Counted from the first letter of the stretch, positions 1 through 9,542 are shown. The stretch is 64,000 bases of DNA from Cyanobacteria bacterium P01_A01_bin.123 (GCA_039815185.1 JBCBZT010000006.1:1-64000); one strand, 5' to 3'. The notes: generated by a model from the sequence alone, not told the origin. Program-made: numbers and translations.

Positions 1-313
1 GATTTTCGGGCTGATTTTCGGGCTGATTTTCGGGCTGGGTTTCGGGCTGAGTGGCGGGCTGAGTGGCAGACTGCTTGGCGGGCCGATTTTCGGGCTGATT
101 TTCGGGCTGATTTTCGGGCTATATACTGCTCTTCAGCACTTGTCCCTACGCCTAGTGCTCTACTGGTCAGGTGTTAGCCCATGGAACTATGCGAAGTTCC
201 TTGAACATGCCGAAAACCATCGCTTCATTCAGCGCGTAGGTGGACGCTATCGCTTCATGCATGACCTGCTGCGAAAGCACTTCGCCAGTCTGGAGACGCC
301 ATCTGCCGGATAG
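1..313 (+). CDS. 3' end (partial) of NACHT NTPase with GLxxGL membrane repeats; paralog of 4258-6627
   Basis: Frame 2 reads IFGLIFGL...LQHLSLRLVLYWSGVSPWNYAKFLEHAENHRFIQRVGGRYRFMHDLLRKHFASLETPSAG*, nearly identical to the C-terminus of 4258-6627; TAG at 311-313; not in ORF track. Confidence 0.9.
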   Translation, partial: IFGLIFGLIFGLGFGLSGGLSGRLLGGPIFGLIFGLIFGLYTALQHLSLRLVLYWSGVSPWNYAKFLEHAENHRFIQRVGGRYRFMHDLLRKHFASLETPSAG

Positions 314-434
314 ATGCCATCCCTTCCCAAGCAAGCCCCTCAGCAAATAACCCCAAAACTCTACTCCACCCTCGCCAAACCCGCCCCGCCTGTGCCATAA
401 CGGGATAAGGCCCCTACCATTCGCACCACTCATC

Positions 435-3400
435 ATGGAAACCCCACCTAAGCAATTAGAGAGGGTCATCTGCCGAGATACTTACCTGAGCGAAATTCAG
501 TCAGCGATCGCTGAACTAGGTAGCCACAATCGCAACATCCTGGTCTATTACGGTGAACCCGACCACACCTGGCAGCTAAGCAAGAGCCTCTATCGCACCT
601 TAAGTGAGCAAGGCCATCTCTGCGCTCTCGTGGATGGTGAAGGCTTAAAAAGCCACGCCTCATCCCAACTGGACGAAGGGTTATCACAACTCCGCAGCAA
701 GCTGGGCAAAGGGGGGATCGACTTTAGCTGTTACGACATCGCCTACTGGTGTTACTGGAGTGCCCGCTATCCTCAGTTAGCCATCGACTCGGTTGAGTTT
801 AGCCAAAAGATGAGCCAGGCAGACAAGCTCAGTGCCTTTGCTGATTTGGTTGGCGCGGCTCAAGACCTGGACTTGTCAGGTGTTATTGAGCAAATGAATC
901 TGGCCGATATGACAGAAACGGCCCGTGCCCTCATCCCCCAGATGATGCGTGATGTTGGCAAGCTCGCGGAAGACGCGATCCCCTTTGGGGTTTTCGTTGC
1001 CAAACTCTATTGGTTCTTAGTGGGCCTCGATGAACGTCGTCGGCTGTGGTGGCAAGAACGAGGCAGTCATGACCTGCGTGAACTCAAAGCAGACTGTGAC
1101 AGTCCCTTCGATGTGTTGCCTCGCCTGCCGTTGTTTCTGGCACGAGATCTGAAGCACCATTTCCGCCGCTCTGATTTGCCCCCCGATCAGCAAAGTGCTG
1201 TCGTGTTCGTCGATGGCTACCACCACCTCATCGATCAGCCCAAGCAGGGTCAGTGTTCCTGGCTAGAAGCCATGCTTGCCCAGGAAGAAGCCAGTCCCTA
1301 CGTCCTTTGGGTAATTACAGCAGACCACCGTCTGGCATGGATGGAAGATGCTCAACAAATCCCGGTCTTGCCCCTAAGCGAAGCGGAAAGTGATGAGGCA
1401 CTGCAAACGTTGGGGGTTCACAATGCTGCTATCCGTCAGGCAATGGTACAAGCTGCCCAGGGGAGCCCTTGGCATCTAGAAGTCTGTTTTCAAACCTGGA
1501 CGAAGCTGCGGCAGAGGCGATTACCACAATCAGAAGACTTTACAGGACAACTAAATGAGGCATTGCAGCTAGAGGATGAGGCTTGGGAGGCAGGTGAACG
1601 CCAGATCTACCAGCTCCTAGCAGTTCCCCGGTTTTGGGACTGGCACTTATTTCAAGCCCTGTTGGTTCAGTTTCTAAGCACATCACCAGATGAAGCTGCT
1701 CTGCAACAGCGACTGGATGCCCTGAGTGATTCTCCCTATGTCCTAGCCCTAGAAGATGGCACCTGGCGCTGGCATCCGATGGTGCGAGAACACCTCCTTA
1801 ACAATCAGCCCCAAGAGCAACGGCAAGCGGTTCATCACTGGCTATTTGCCCATTACCAAACCCTATCCGCTGAGCCATCTCAAGAGATATTCGCCCTAGA
1901 CGAAGCCCTTTATCACGGGCTCAACTTAGAGGAGCCACAAACTGCTATCGACTGGTTTTTGGAGGCTATCTTAGTTCCCATTCAACACAGACCCCACGCA
2001 GCTATCCCAGTGATGCTGAGACGGCTAATCGATTCATTAAACGACTCATCACCCCAGGTAGCCCTAGCCCAGAACCGCTTAGGTCAGGTGCTTGCTGCCC
2101 TCTATGAGTGGGAAGACGCTGAGTCAGCCTTGGAAACCGCTATCGAGCATTGGGACACCCTACAACAGTCAGATAGCCTTGCTGCTGCCGATACCTGGTA
2201 TGCCCTGAGTGAGGTGTACTTAGCCCGAGAGAACACTTTCAACAGTCTCACCTCTGCCCAAAGTGCAGGCCGGATTCGAGCTGAGTTAGAGGGAACCCAT
2301 TCCCTAGCCTATGCACAAGCCTTAAGCCGTCAAGCTGAAGCACAGGCGGAGCGGGGTCAAATGTATGATGCCTTAGCGCTGAGTAATCAAGCCATTGGCA
2401 TTGCTGAAGCCTTGCCCGAGATTGAGCCCATGCAGTTGATTCAACTGAAGTGGGAAGCCACATTAGTGCGCAGTGATAAAAACACCCTGGATGAGGCTAA
2501 GCAAAGTTGTCAGGAAGTCCTTGATTTACTGGCTCAACAGCCAGGGGGAGAAGAGCATTATCTCTTCATCAGAGGTCAAGCGTTGATGGGTGATATCTAT
2601 CGCTTGATGGGGCAACACAAGGGACAGCAGGCTTTTGAGTGTTATCAACAAGCGATTGAAAAAGCAGAGCGACTGTGGGGAGCCGATAATGAGTGGACGC
2701 TGACCTTCTTGGATGCTCAAATCGAGCTTTGTCGGAAGTTGGGAGACTATGACAAGGCAGATGAGCTTGAGAGTCAGCGGGGGCTCTATGCGAAAGCGAG
2801 TGACTTGGAAGCCACGGTTAATGAGATTGAGAGACTAAGCCGTGTTGGCATCGCTTTGGGTAAGAAAGGACAATACGGAAAAGCGGAGCCTATCATGCAC
2901 CGCGCTCTGGCTACAAGTAAGTTGTTATTAGATGAGACCCATCCCGAGATAGCTAACTGCCTCAACAATTTGGCAGTGCTTTACGACAAGCAAGGCCGCT
3001 ACAGTGAGGCAGAATTGCTTCATCAAGAGGTCTTAGCAATACGTAAACGGCTATCGATCAAGGCAGCCAGTAGCCTCAACAGTCTGGCAGGGGTTTATCT
3101 AAAGCAAGGGCGCTACAGCGAGGCGGAACCGCTTTTGCAAGAGTCACTAGCAGTGCGTAAACAGCTACTGGGGAATGAGCATATCGATGTAGCCAGCAGT
3201 CTTAATCATTTAGCATTTCTCCACACTAAACAAGGGCGCTACAGCGAGGCAGAACCGCTTTTGCAAGAGGCCCTGTCAATGCGTAAGCAGTTATTGGGTG
3301 ACACCCATCCTGACGTGGCAAGCAGCCTTAACAACCTGGCGATGGTCTACTTCCATCAAGGATGCTATAGCAGGACAAAATTACGCTTGGAAGAAGCCAT

Positions 3401-4019
3401 AAAGATATATGAGCAGTTATTTGGGAAAACCCATCCTGATATAGCCCAATGTCTCAATAACTTGGGATTGTTACACTGCAAGCAAAAACACTATGGTGAG
3501 GCGGAGAGGCGCTTGAAAGATTGCCTAGCAATGCGTAAACGATTATTGGGCGAATCGCATCCTAACATGGCCGAAAGCATGAATAATTTGGCAGCAGTCT
3601 ATTGCCATCAAGGACGCTACAGCGAGGCAGAACTGCTTTTTCAAGAGGCCCTGTCAATGCGTAAGCAGTTGGACAAAGCACATCCTGACCTTGCTCAAAG
3701 CCTTAACAATCTGGCGGAGCTCTATGCCGAGCAAGGGCGCTACAGTGAGGCGGAACCGCTTTTTCAAGAGGCTCTGTCAATGCGTAAGCAGTTATTGGGC
3801 GACACCCATCCTGACGTGGCAAGCAGCCTTAACAACCTGGCAGGGATCTACGACCGTCAAGGAATTTACGGTAAAGCAGAACCGCTTTTTCAAAAGTCTT
3901 TGAGCATTGCACGACAGAAACTTGGAGAAAGTCACCCCGATACTCAGCGGTATCTGAATAACGTTATCAACTGTCTGATGAATCTGGGCAAGCCAACACC
4001 CTTTCAGGGCACCCGATGA
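435..4019 (+). CDS. Tetratricopeptide-repeat protein with N-terminal degenerate STAND-like NTPase region
   Basis: C-terminal ~42-aa TPR units (HPDVASSLNNLA..QGRYSEAEPL); N-terminal LVYYGEPDHTW sits at the Walker A position without GxxGxGKT; AVVFVDGY resembles Walker B. Confidence 0.85.
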   Translation: METPPKQLERVICRDTYLSEIQSAIAELGSHNRNILVYYGEPDHTWQLSKSLYRTLSEQGHLCALVDGEGLKSHASSQLDEGLSQLRSKLGKGGIDFSCYDIAYWCYWSARYPQLAIDSVEFSQKMSQADKLSAFADLVGAAQDLDLSGVIEQMNLADMTETARALIPQMMRDVGKLAEDAIPFGVFVAKLYWFLVGLDERRRLWWQERGSHDLRELKADCDSPFDVLPRLPLFLARDLKHHFRRSDLPPDQQSAVVFVDGYHHLIDQPKQGQCSWLEAMLAQEEASPYVLWVITADHRLAWMEDAQQIPVLPLSEAESDEALQTLGVHNAAIRQAMVQAAQGSPWHLEVCFQTWTKLRQRRLPQSEDFTGQLNEALQLEDEAWEAGERQIYQLLAVPRFWDWHLFQALLVQFLSTSPDEAALQQRLDALSDSPYVLALEDGTWRWHPMVREHLLNNQPQEQRQAVHHWLFAHYQTLSAEPSQEIFALDEALYHGLNLEEPQTAIDWFLEAILVPIQHRPHAAIPVMLRRLIDSLNDSSPQVALAQNRLGQVLAALYEWEDAESALETAIEHWDTLQQSDSLAAADTWYALSEVYLARENTFNSLTSAQSAGRIRAELEGTHSLAYAQALSRQAEAQAERGQMYDALALSNQAIGIAEALPEIEPMQLIQLKWEATLVRSDKNTLDEAKQSCQEVLDLLAQQPGGEEHYLFIRGQALMGDIYRLMGQHKGQQAFECYQQAIEKAERLWGADNEWTLTFLDAQIELCRKLGDYDKADELESQRGLYAKASDLEATVNEIERLSRVGIALGKKGQYGKAEPIMHRALATSKLLLDETHPEIANCLNNLAVLYDKQGRYSEAELLHQEVLAIRKRLSIKAASSLNSLAGVYLKQGRYSEAEPLLQESLAVRKQLLGNEHIDVASSLNHLAFLHTKQGRYSEAEPLLQEALSMRKQLLGDTHPDVASSLNNLAMVYFHQGCYSRTKLRLEEAIKIYEQLFGKTHPDIAQCLNNLGLLHCKQKHYGEAERRLKDCLAMRKRLLGESHPNMAESMNNLAAVYCHQGRYSEAELLFQEALSMRKQLDKAHPDLAQSLNNLAELYAEQGRYSEAEPLFQEALSMRKQLLGDTHPDVASSLNNLAGIYDRQGIYGKAEPLFQKSLSIARQKLGESHPDTQRYLNNVINCLMNLGKPTPFQGTR

Positions 4020-4257
4020 CTTAGGAAATATTGCAGCAGCTACAGTTTCAGAGTAAGCAGGGATAATACAGCATCACCCTCACTCCCCCACAAAGAACTG
4101 CCGATCCCCTCCCTTGCCCTGAAACCGCTGATCCAACCGCCCCAGCAGTTCCCGAGGCAGCTTCCGCATCACATGGGCACTTGGTTCTTCTACCCAGCAC
4201 TCGCCAACTCAGCCTTGCTATGCCATAAAGGGATAAAATCCCCCCATTCCCCTCCCC

Positions 4258-6627
4258 ATGGCAGATCTGCTGTTGACTGCACTACTGGGCCAAGCTGACC
4301 CGAACACCCCACCGCCAGACCCCACCAAGCTAGAGCAAATCCTCGACTCCCTTAACCAGAACCCCTTCATGGATGGGGGGATAGCTGGATTTGCTGTGCT
4401 TGCTTTGGCGACCGCTGCGATCGCTGCTTGGATAGTAAATGTGAGCAAGATCATCGACTTCGCTCGAAACTATGTTGTCCCGAAGAAAGTAGTGATCACC
4501 GATGAAGTACGCCAAAAGCTACGGCGACAGCTCATTGAGGTTGTCCTTGAGCAGGTGGTGATCCGCTTAGACAGTTCTCTGCATCACAAGGTGCGCATAG
4601 ATTTGAAGCGGGAAGAGCAGCGTCAGCGGGTAGGGAAGCGCGATTTGCCGCCTGTAGGAGAAGATTCGCCACCAGATAATGTCATTCGTCGTCTTTTCAA
4701 GACTTTCAGACAATCAACCCCATCAGAGGCCGTCAAAGTCGATAAATCCACGTTAGAGCTGTTTGAACAAGACGATATCCAAGGACGCCTACTGATTCTG
4801 GGTGAACCTGGCTCTGGCAAAACTAATGAGTTTTTGGTGCTGGCCAGGGAACTCCTACACAAAGCCCAGCAAGACCCAGACCTCCCCATCCCCGTCATCT
4901 TTGAACTCTCGGAATGGACAGACGAACAAGTCTTTGATGAGTGGCTCAGTGCTCAGCTTTTGGAGAAATACAGTGTTCCCGCAGAAGTCTCTCAGCATTG
5001 GATTCAGCGAAATCAATTGTTGCCGTTGCTCGATGGTTTAGATGAGCTGAGACGGGTAGATGGGACTGATGCATCAACCTCAGCGGAAATCGAAGCACGT
5101 CGAAAAGCTAAGCAGATCAAGTGCATTCGAGCCATCAATACATTTCTGGATATACACGCGCTCTCAATGGTGGTCTGTTGTCGGCGCAAGGAATATGAAG
5201 CCCTCGAAGCTGAGAATGAATCCTTGAAGCGCTTGAACGGGGCTATCTATCTGCAAGCGTTAGACGATGACCAGATTCAAGACTACCTCCAGCGGTTGAA
5301 TCGTGTCCCATTATGGGACGCTCTAAAAAATCAGCCTGACCTATTGAAACTGGTTCGATCTCCGCTATTTCTGCTGATCTTGGTGGTGGCATATCAAAGT
5401 CAACCGATTCGTACTGTAGAAGAATTGCTAGATACCTATATCCACAAGCAGCTCAGTGATTTGAATAATCAAGGCGCTTATCCTCCAGGGCAGGCACCTA
5501 GCCCAGGGCAAACACAGCATTACCTGTCCTGGCTGGCGGGGAAATTGGAAGCTGTAGGTACAACGGAGTTTCTGATTGAGCGATTGCAGCCGTCTTGGTT
5601 GGATAGACAGCGCAATCGGATTCTCTATCGTTTGATGGTTGGGCCGATCAGTAGGCTGATTGGTGGGCTAATAGGTGGACTGATTTACGGACTGATTTAC
5701 GGACTGCTTGTCGGGTTGCTTTTCGGGCTACGTGCCGGGCTAGGGGCTGGGCTGCTTGTCGGGCTGCTTGTCGGGCTGTTTTTTGGCTCGATTGGCGAGC
5801 TGAATGATGTCAAACGTCCAGAGACTTTGAATTTCTCATGGCAAAAGGTTTTCTGTGGTGGGCTAAGTGCCGGGCTGTTTTTCGGGCTACTTTTCGGGCT
5901 GAATAACGGGCTGTTTTCCGGGCTGATTTTAGGGCCACTTTTCGGGCTGATTTTAGGGCTGTTGTTCGGGCTAAATATCGAATCGAATGGCGGGCTAAAT
6001 GATATCAAGCTTTCAGAGAATTTGAATCTCTCATGGCAAAAGGTTTTCCGTAGTGGGCTGAGTATTGGGCTGAGTATCGGGCTGAGTTTCGGGCTACTTT
6101 TCGGGCTACTTTTCGGGCTGAGTTTCGGGCTACTTTTCGGGCTATTTCTCGGGCTATTTTTCGGGCTGAGTTTCGGGCTGTTTTTTGGGCTAATGGCCGG
6201 GATCGCTTTCGGGTTGGATGGTATTGAGGTTGATCTAGGTAGCAAGAGATATCCAAATCAGGGCATTAAGCAATCAACTAAGAATGGGCTGTTTGTCGGG
6301 TTGTTTGTCGGGCTGCTTTTTTTGTTGCTTTTCGGGCTGCTTATCGGGCTGATTTTAGGGCCACTTTTCGGGTTGTTTGTCGGGTTGTTTGTCGGGTTGT
6401 TTGTCGGGCTGCTTTTTTTGTTGCTTTTCGGGCTAGATGCTGCTCTTCAGCACTTTTGCCTACGCCTAGTGTTCTACTGGTCAGGTGTTAGCCCATGGGA
6501 CTATGAGAAGTTCCTTGAACATTCTGAAAATCATCGCTTCATCCAGCGTGTGGGTGGACGTTATCGCTTCATGCATGATCTGCTACGAAAACGCTTCGCT
6601 AGTTTGGAGACGCCATCTACTCGGTAA
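4258..6627 (+). CDS. NACHT-domain NTPase with N-terminal TM helix and C-terminal GLxxGL membrane repeats
   Basis: Walker A LILGEPGSGKT, Walker B LLDGLDE, PLFL motif, Gly/Leu/Phe repeats, C-terminal GGRYRFMHDLLR. Confidence 0.9.
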   Translation: MADLLLTALLGQADPNTPPPDPTKLEQILDSLNQNPFMDGGIAGFAVLALATAAIAAWIVNVSKIIDFARNYVVPKKVVITDEVRQKLRRQLIEVVLEQVVIRLDSSLHHKVRIDLKREEQRQRVGKRDLPPVGEDSPPDNVIRRLFKTFRQSTPSEAVKVDKSTLELFEQDDIQGRLLILGEPGSGKTNEFLVLARELLHKAQQDPDLPIPVIFELSEWTDEQVFDEWLSAQLLEKYSVPAEVSQHWIQRNQLLPLLDGLDELRRVDGTDASTSAEIEARRKAKQIKCIRAINTFLDIHALSMVVCCRRKEYEALEAENESLKRLNGAIYLQALDDDQIQDYLQRLNRVPLWDALKNQPDLLKLVRSPLFLLILVVAYQSQPIRTVEELLDTYIHKQLSDLNNQGAYPPGQAPSPGQTQHYLSWLAGKLEAVGTTEFLIERLQPSWLDRQRNRILYRLMVGPISRLIGGLIGGLIYGLIYGLLVGLLFGLRAGLGAGLLVGLLVGLFFGSIGELNDVKRPETLNFSWQKVFCGGLSAGLFFGLLFGLNNGLFSGLILGPLFGLILGLLFGLNIESNGGLNDIKLSENLNLSWQKVFRSGLSIGLSIGLSFGLLFGLLFGLSFGLLFGLFLGLFFGLSFGLFFGLMAGIAFGLDGIEVDLGSKRYPNQGIKQSTKNGLFVGLFVGLLFLLLFGLLIGLILGPLFGLFVGLFVGLFVGLLFLLLFGLDAALQHFCLRLVFYWSGVSPWDYEKFLEHSENHRFIQRVGGRYRFMHDLLRKRFASLETPSTR

Positions 6628-6669
6628 ACGCAACATACTACTCCCCCATCAAAAACTGACGATCGCGCT

Positions 6670-6861
6670 TCAATTCTGGTCATTGTCATAAAGCCCTGCT
6701 AGGGATTGCACAGAATCAACCCAGCACTGATTCAAGAGGACATAAGCATGCATAATCACCAACAAATCTTCCCGTTGGTCAGAGCGCACGCTTGCCCATA
6801 GCCGATCAAAGACTTGCTGATGCAGCTCTCGGCTTTTGTCTATGTCCTGGTAAAGTGCCAT
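6670..6861 (-). CDS. Small hypothetical protein (possibly 3' part of a frameshifted gene starting near 7010)
   Basis: 63-aa ORF; frame stays open upstream to about 6945; no recognisable motif. Confidence 0.3.
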   Translation of the reverse strand: MALYQDIDKSRELHQQVFDRLWASVRSDQREDLLVIMHAYVLLNQCWVDSVQSLAGLYDNDQN

Positions 6862-6996
6862 TACTGCCCCCTCGTTATCAAACGTTAACTGGGCGTATAA
6901 CCCTAGCTCAGTAAGGATTTTGCAGCTTTTGAGCAGAGAAAATGGTGGGCGTTCCTCTCGGAGAGCTCAACGCTTGCGGCTACCTCAGTATCGCCC

Positions 6997-7536
6997 TCAA
7001 TTCTGTTCATTCGCATCTTTGACCAAATAGACTGGCGGATTCATCACTTGCTCGATTGCCTGATCAAGAATGGACAAATCCGCCTCACGGTAGCAGCAAA
7101 CCATGCAAGTTGTGCCACCGACAAATCGCTCTCGCTTTGGCGGTGAATTGCCCTCATGAGCCTGCTTGCAAAGTCTGGCAGCAACCTTCCCAATTCGGGT
7201 CAATTCTCCAGGGGAGGGATTATATAGCGGTGTGCAGGCTAATCAAGCACAGTAGAGGCCGTCTCAGCAAGCCCTTGAGGATTGCAAGTGTACTGAACCG
7301 AAGTGCACACCGCTATAGCCAAAGTGTTTGGCCCGATCTGATACGGGCCATTCAAGCCGACCACCCGGCAGAGCAGGTTTGTCGAGCTTGTCTTCCAGCA
7401 GAATGTCTCGAATCAGATCTTTTAAGTGAAGTTTGGTTTTTGGGTCAATGCCACCTAGAGCATCAGTCCAGTACTCAATTAATGACGAAACGGTCATATT
7501 GAGCTGTGATAGGGAAAGGGAGTAATCTGCCCTCAA
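6997..7536 (-). pseudogene. Single hypothetical gene (phage/mobile-element-like) split by a MITE
   Basis: ORFs 7264-7536 and 6997-7203 share a frame; removing 7225-7317 restores ...SDRAKHFGYNPSPGELTRIGKVAARL... with no stop. Confidence 0.75.
7223..7317. mobile_element. MITE with TA target duplication
   Basis: Perfect 14-bp inverted ends TATAGCGGTGTGCA (7223-7236) / TGCACACCGCTATA (7304-7317). Confidence 0.85.
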
Positions 7537-7868
7537 CCCCTACAGAGGAAAGAGAATGTATCTTGATTTATGGCACCCGCCACAGGTGGCCATCAACACA
7601 TGCCGTCCTTGAAGCATCAACCATCCGGAAGAATTCCCGTCTAAATTCCGACTTATCGTGAATTCTCCAAACTCTGTTTGAGAGAGGATATCGCTTTCAA
7701 TCAGTCGCTGTTGCTTATCAATCAGCGTACGCCGCGCCAAAACTGATGGATCAACGTCACCCCGAGTACCATACCCTGAGTGGTAACAATCCATAATCAC
7801 GGCAATGCGATAGTGATTTATCCCAAAATCCCCGACTGTATTCTACTGAAAGGTTTTATAAATTCATC

Positions 7869-9143
7869 TCAACTATCTCCACAGATTATGAATCTATTTG
7901 CTTGAACTATGGGAATCTCATCCCAATGGGTTGTGTATCGCTGAGAAAAATACGCTGAGCGCATTTGCCAAGTTGGATTCAAACCCATCGCCCCAAACTT
8001 AACCGCATCCGGACTGAGCTTGCGGTTAAGGGTATCCAGGGTCTGCATCAAACGATCGCGCTTGTCGTCATCCACCTGTTGAGCAAACAAATTTCCCTGT
8101 ACCGCATCCTCAGGAAGCAACTCAGTCGCCATCACCTTCGCCTTCAAATACTCATAACCTGGCGTAAAAGCCGCTTCAGCCAACTGCATCGCGACCCGAA
8201 TTAATACAGCCGTGTCATTCGTGGGTGGATCAATAGCCAGCGATCGCGCAGCAGCATACTGATTTTCTTTGCGGTAGTAACTTGTCCGCATTGAAACTGT
8301 AAAATGCCCTGCAACCAAGCCATCCATCCGCAACTTCTCAGCACAGCGAGTTGTGTAAGTCGCCACAGCTTCTTTGATATCCGAGAGTTCTGTCACTAAA
8401 TGCCCAAACGAACGCGAGACAATCCGCATCGTCTTTGGCGCAGCTACGGGCTCCATCGGGAAACAAGCCATGCCGCGCAGTTCTAAAACAGTCCGCAACC
8501 CCAGAATGCCGAATTGCTTCTTAATCAAACCTTCATTAGTCTGCTGTAGCTGTAGAACAGTTTTGATCCCCATCCCGTTCAACTTGGCTTTAAGATTGCG
8601 GCCAATCCCCCAAACTTCTCCCACATCGATTTCAGCGAGCACTGTGTCTAAATCGGCCACCGTCTCAAAGTCCAGCACTCCCTCAAGTTTGGAGCCTCGC
8701 TTCGCCACATGGGCTGCCAGCTTCGCCAGCGTCTTAGTTCTGGCGATACCGACTGATACAGGAATCCCTGTCCACTGTTTCACTGTCGTGCGGATTCGCT
8801 GTCCATACTCAGTCAGATTCTTTTGACTGAACCCATGCAGTCCTAGAAAAGCTTCATCGATAGAATATTGTTCAACTTCTGGACTGAAGTGTTGCAGTGT
8901 CTCAATCACCCGCCGCGACATATCTCGGTAAAGCACTGGGTTTGAAGAAAACACCTGAATTTCACCCCGCTTTACCTGCTCTTGGATGGAGAACAGGGTG
9001 GCCTGCATTGGCACTAACTGCTTCGCTTCGGCAGAGCGGGCCACAACACATCCATCATTGTTGGCAGCTTTACCTGCCAAATCCGGTCGAAAAACCTTTT
9101 CACAGGAGGCAAAAAACGAGTTGCAGTCAACCAGAGCAAACAT
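7869..9143 (-). CDS. umuC: Y-family DNA polymerase V catalytic subunit
   Basis: MFALVDCNSFFASCEKVFRPDL, YSIDEAFL, C-terminal WQMRS..SQRYTTHWDE; ATG at 9143 just after umuD stop; small in-frame deletion before NNDG. Confidence 0.92.
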   Translation of the reverse strand: MFALVDCNSFFASCEKVFRPDLAGKAANNDGCVVARSAEAKQLVPMQATLFSIQEQVKRGEIQVFSSNPVLYRDMSRRVIETLQHFSPEVEQYSIDEAFLGLHGFSQKNLTEYGQRIRTTVKQWTGIPVSVGIARTKTLAKLAAHVAKRGSKLEGVLDFETVADLDTVLAEIDVGEVWGIGRNLKAKLNGMGIKTVLQLQQTNEGLIKKQFGILGLRTVLELRGMACFPMEPVAAPKTMRIVSRSFGHLVTELSDIKEAVATYTTRCAEKLRMDGLVAGHFTVSMRTSYYRKENQYAAARSLAIDPPTNDTAVLIRVAMQLAEAAFTPGYEYLKAKVMATELLPEDAVQGNLFAQQVDDDKRDRLMQTLDTLNRKLSPDAVKFGAMGLNPTWQMRSAYFSQRYTTHWDEIPIVQANRFIICGDS

Positions 9144-9145
9144 GG

Positions 9146-9478
9146 CTAAACGCTGCGAATAATTGACGTGACAACGCCCCATACCTCGAATAGGCGATCG
9201 CTATCAGAACTCCAATCTGTAATGGTTGGTATGAGTTGCCCCTGATGCTGCTGGACTCTTAAAACGACAAGTTCACCCCCGATCACTGCCACGACCAAAG
9301 CGTTATCCTGCATCTCACGCGAGCGATCTACCACTAACAGATCCCCGGTCTGTACGTCCTGCCCGACCCCGATAGCCCCTTCCACTCGCATGAAGAAGGT
9401 GGCAGCAGGGTTTTTAACTAGGTAGCGATTGAGGTCGAGGCTCTGCTCAAAAGCATCGCCAGGAACAGGGAAGCCCAT
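9146..9478 (-). CDS. umuD: UmuD'-like accessory subunit (S24 fold, catalytic dyad absent)
   Basis: MGFP..LDLNRYLVKNPAATFFMRVEG..GDLLVVDRS..VWGVVT; immediately upstream of umuC. Confidence 0.88.
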   Translation of the reverse strand: MGFPVPGDAFEQSLDLNRYLVKNPAATFFMRVEGAIGVGQDVQTGDLLVVDRSREMQDNALVVAVIGGELVVLRVQQHQGQLIPTITDWSSDSDRLFEVWGVVTSIIRSV

Positions 9479-9542
9479 GACGCTTTACACCAAACAACAC
9501 TCCCAAATACAAGGCTGGAGGGATAGTAGCAGGACTATCTGT

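Noticed and set aside
1..120. CRISPR-like repeat array
   Set aside because: 12-nt tandem coding repeats with no unique spacers; no cas genes.
5697..6256. SPK-rich and ARK-rich minus-strand ORFs
   Set aside because: Antisense shadows of the GLxx repeat region.
113..6627. Diversity-generating retroelement TR/VR pair (113-313 vs 6427-6627)
   Set aside because: Mismatches are not restricted to adenines (many C/T third-position changes) and no reverse transcriptase is present; ordinary paralogy.
7540..7800. ORF in frame with the MITE-split gene
   Set aside because: No recognisable motif; cannot tell whether it is a real gene or a 5' part of the pseudogene.
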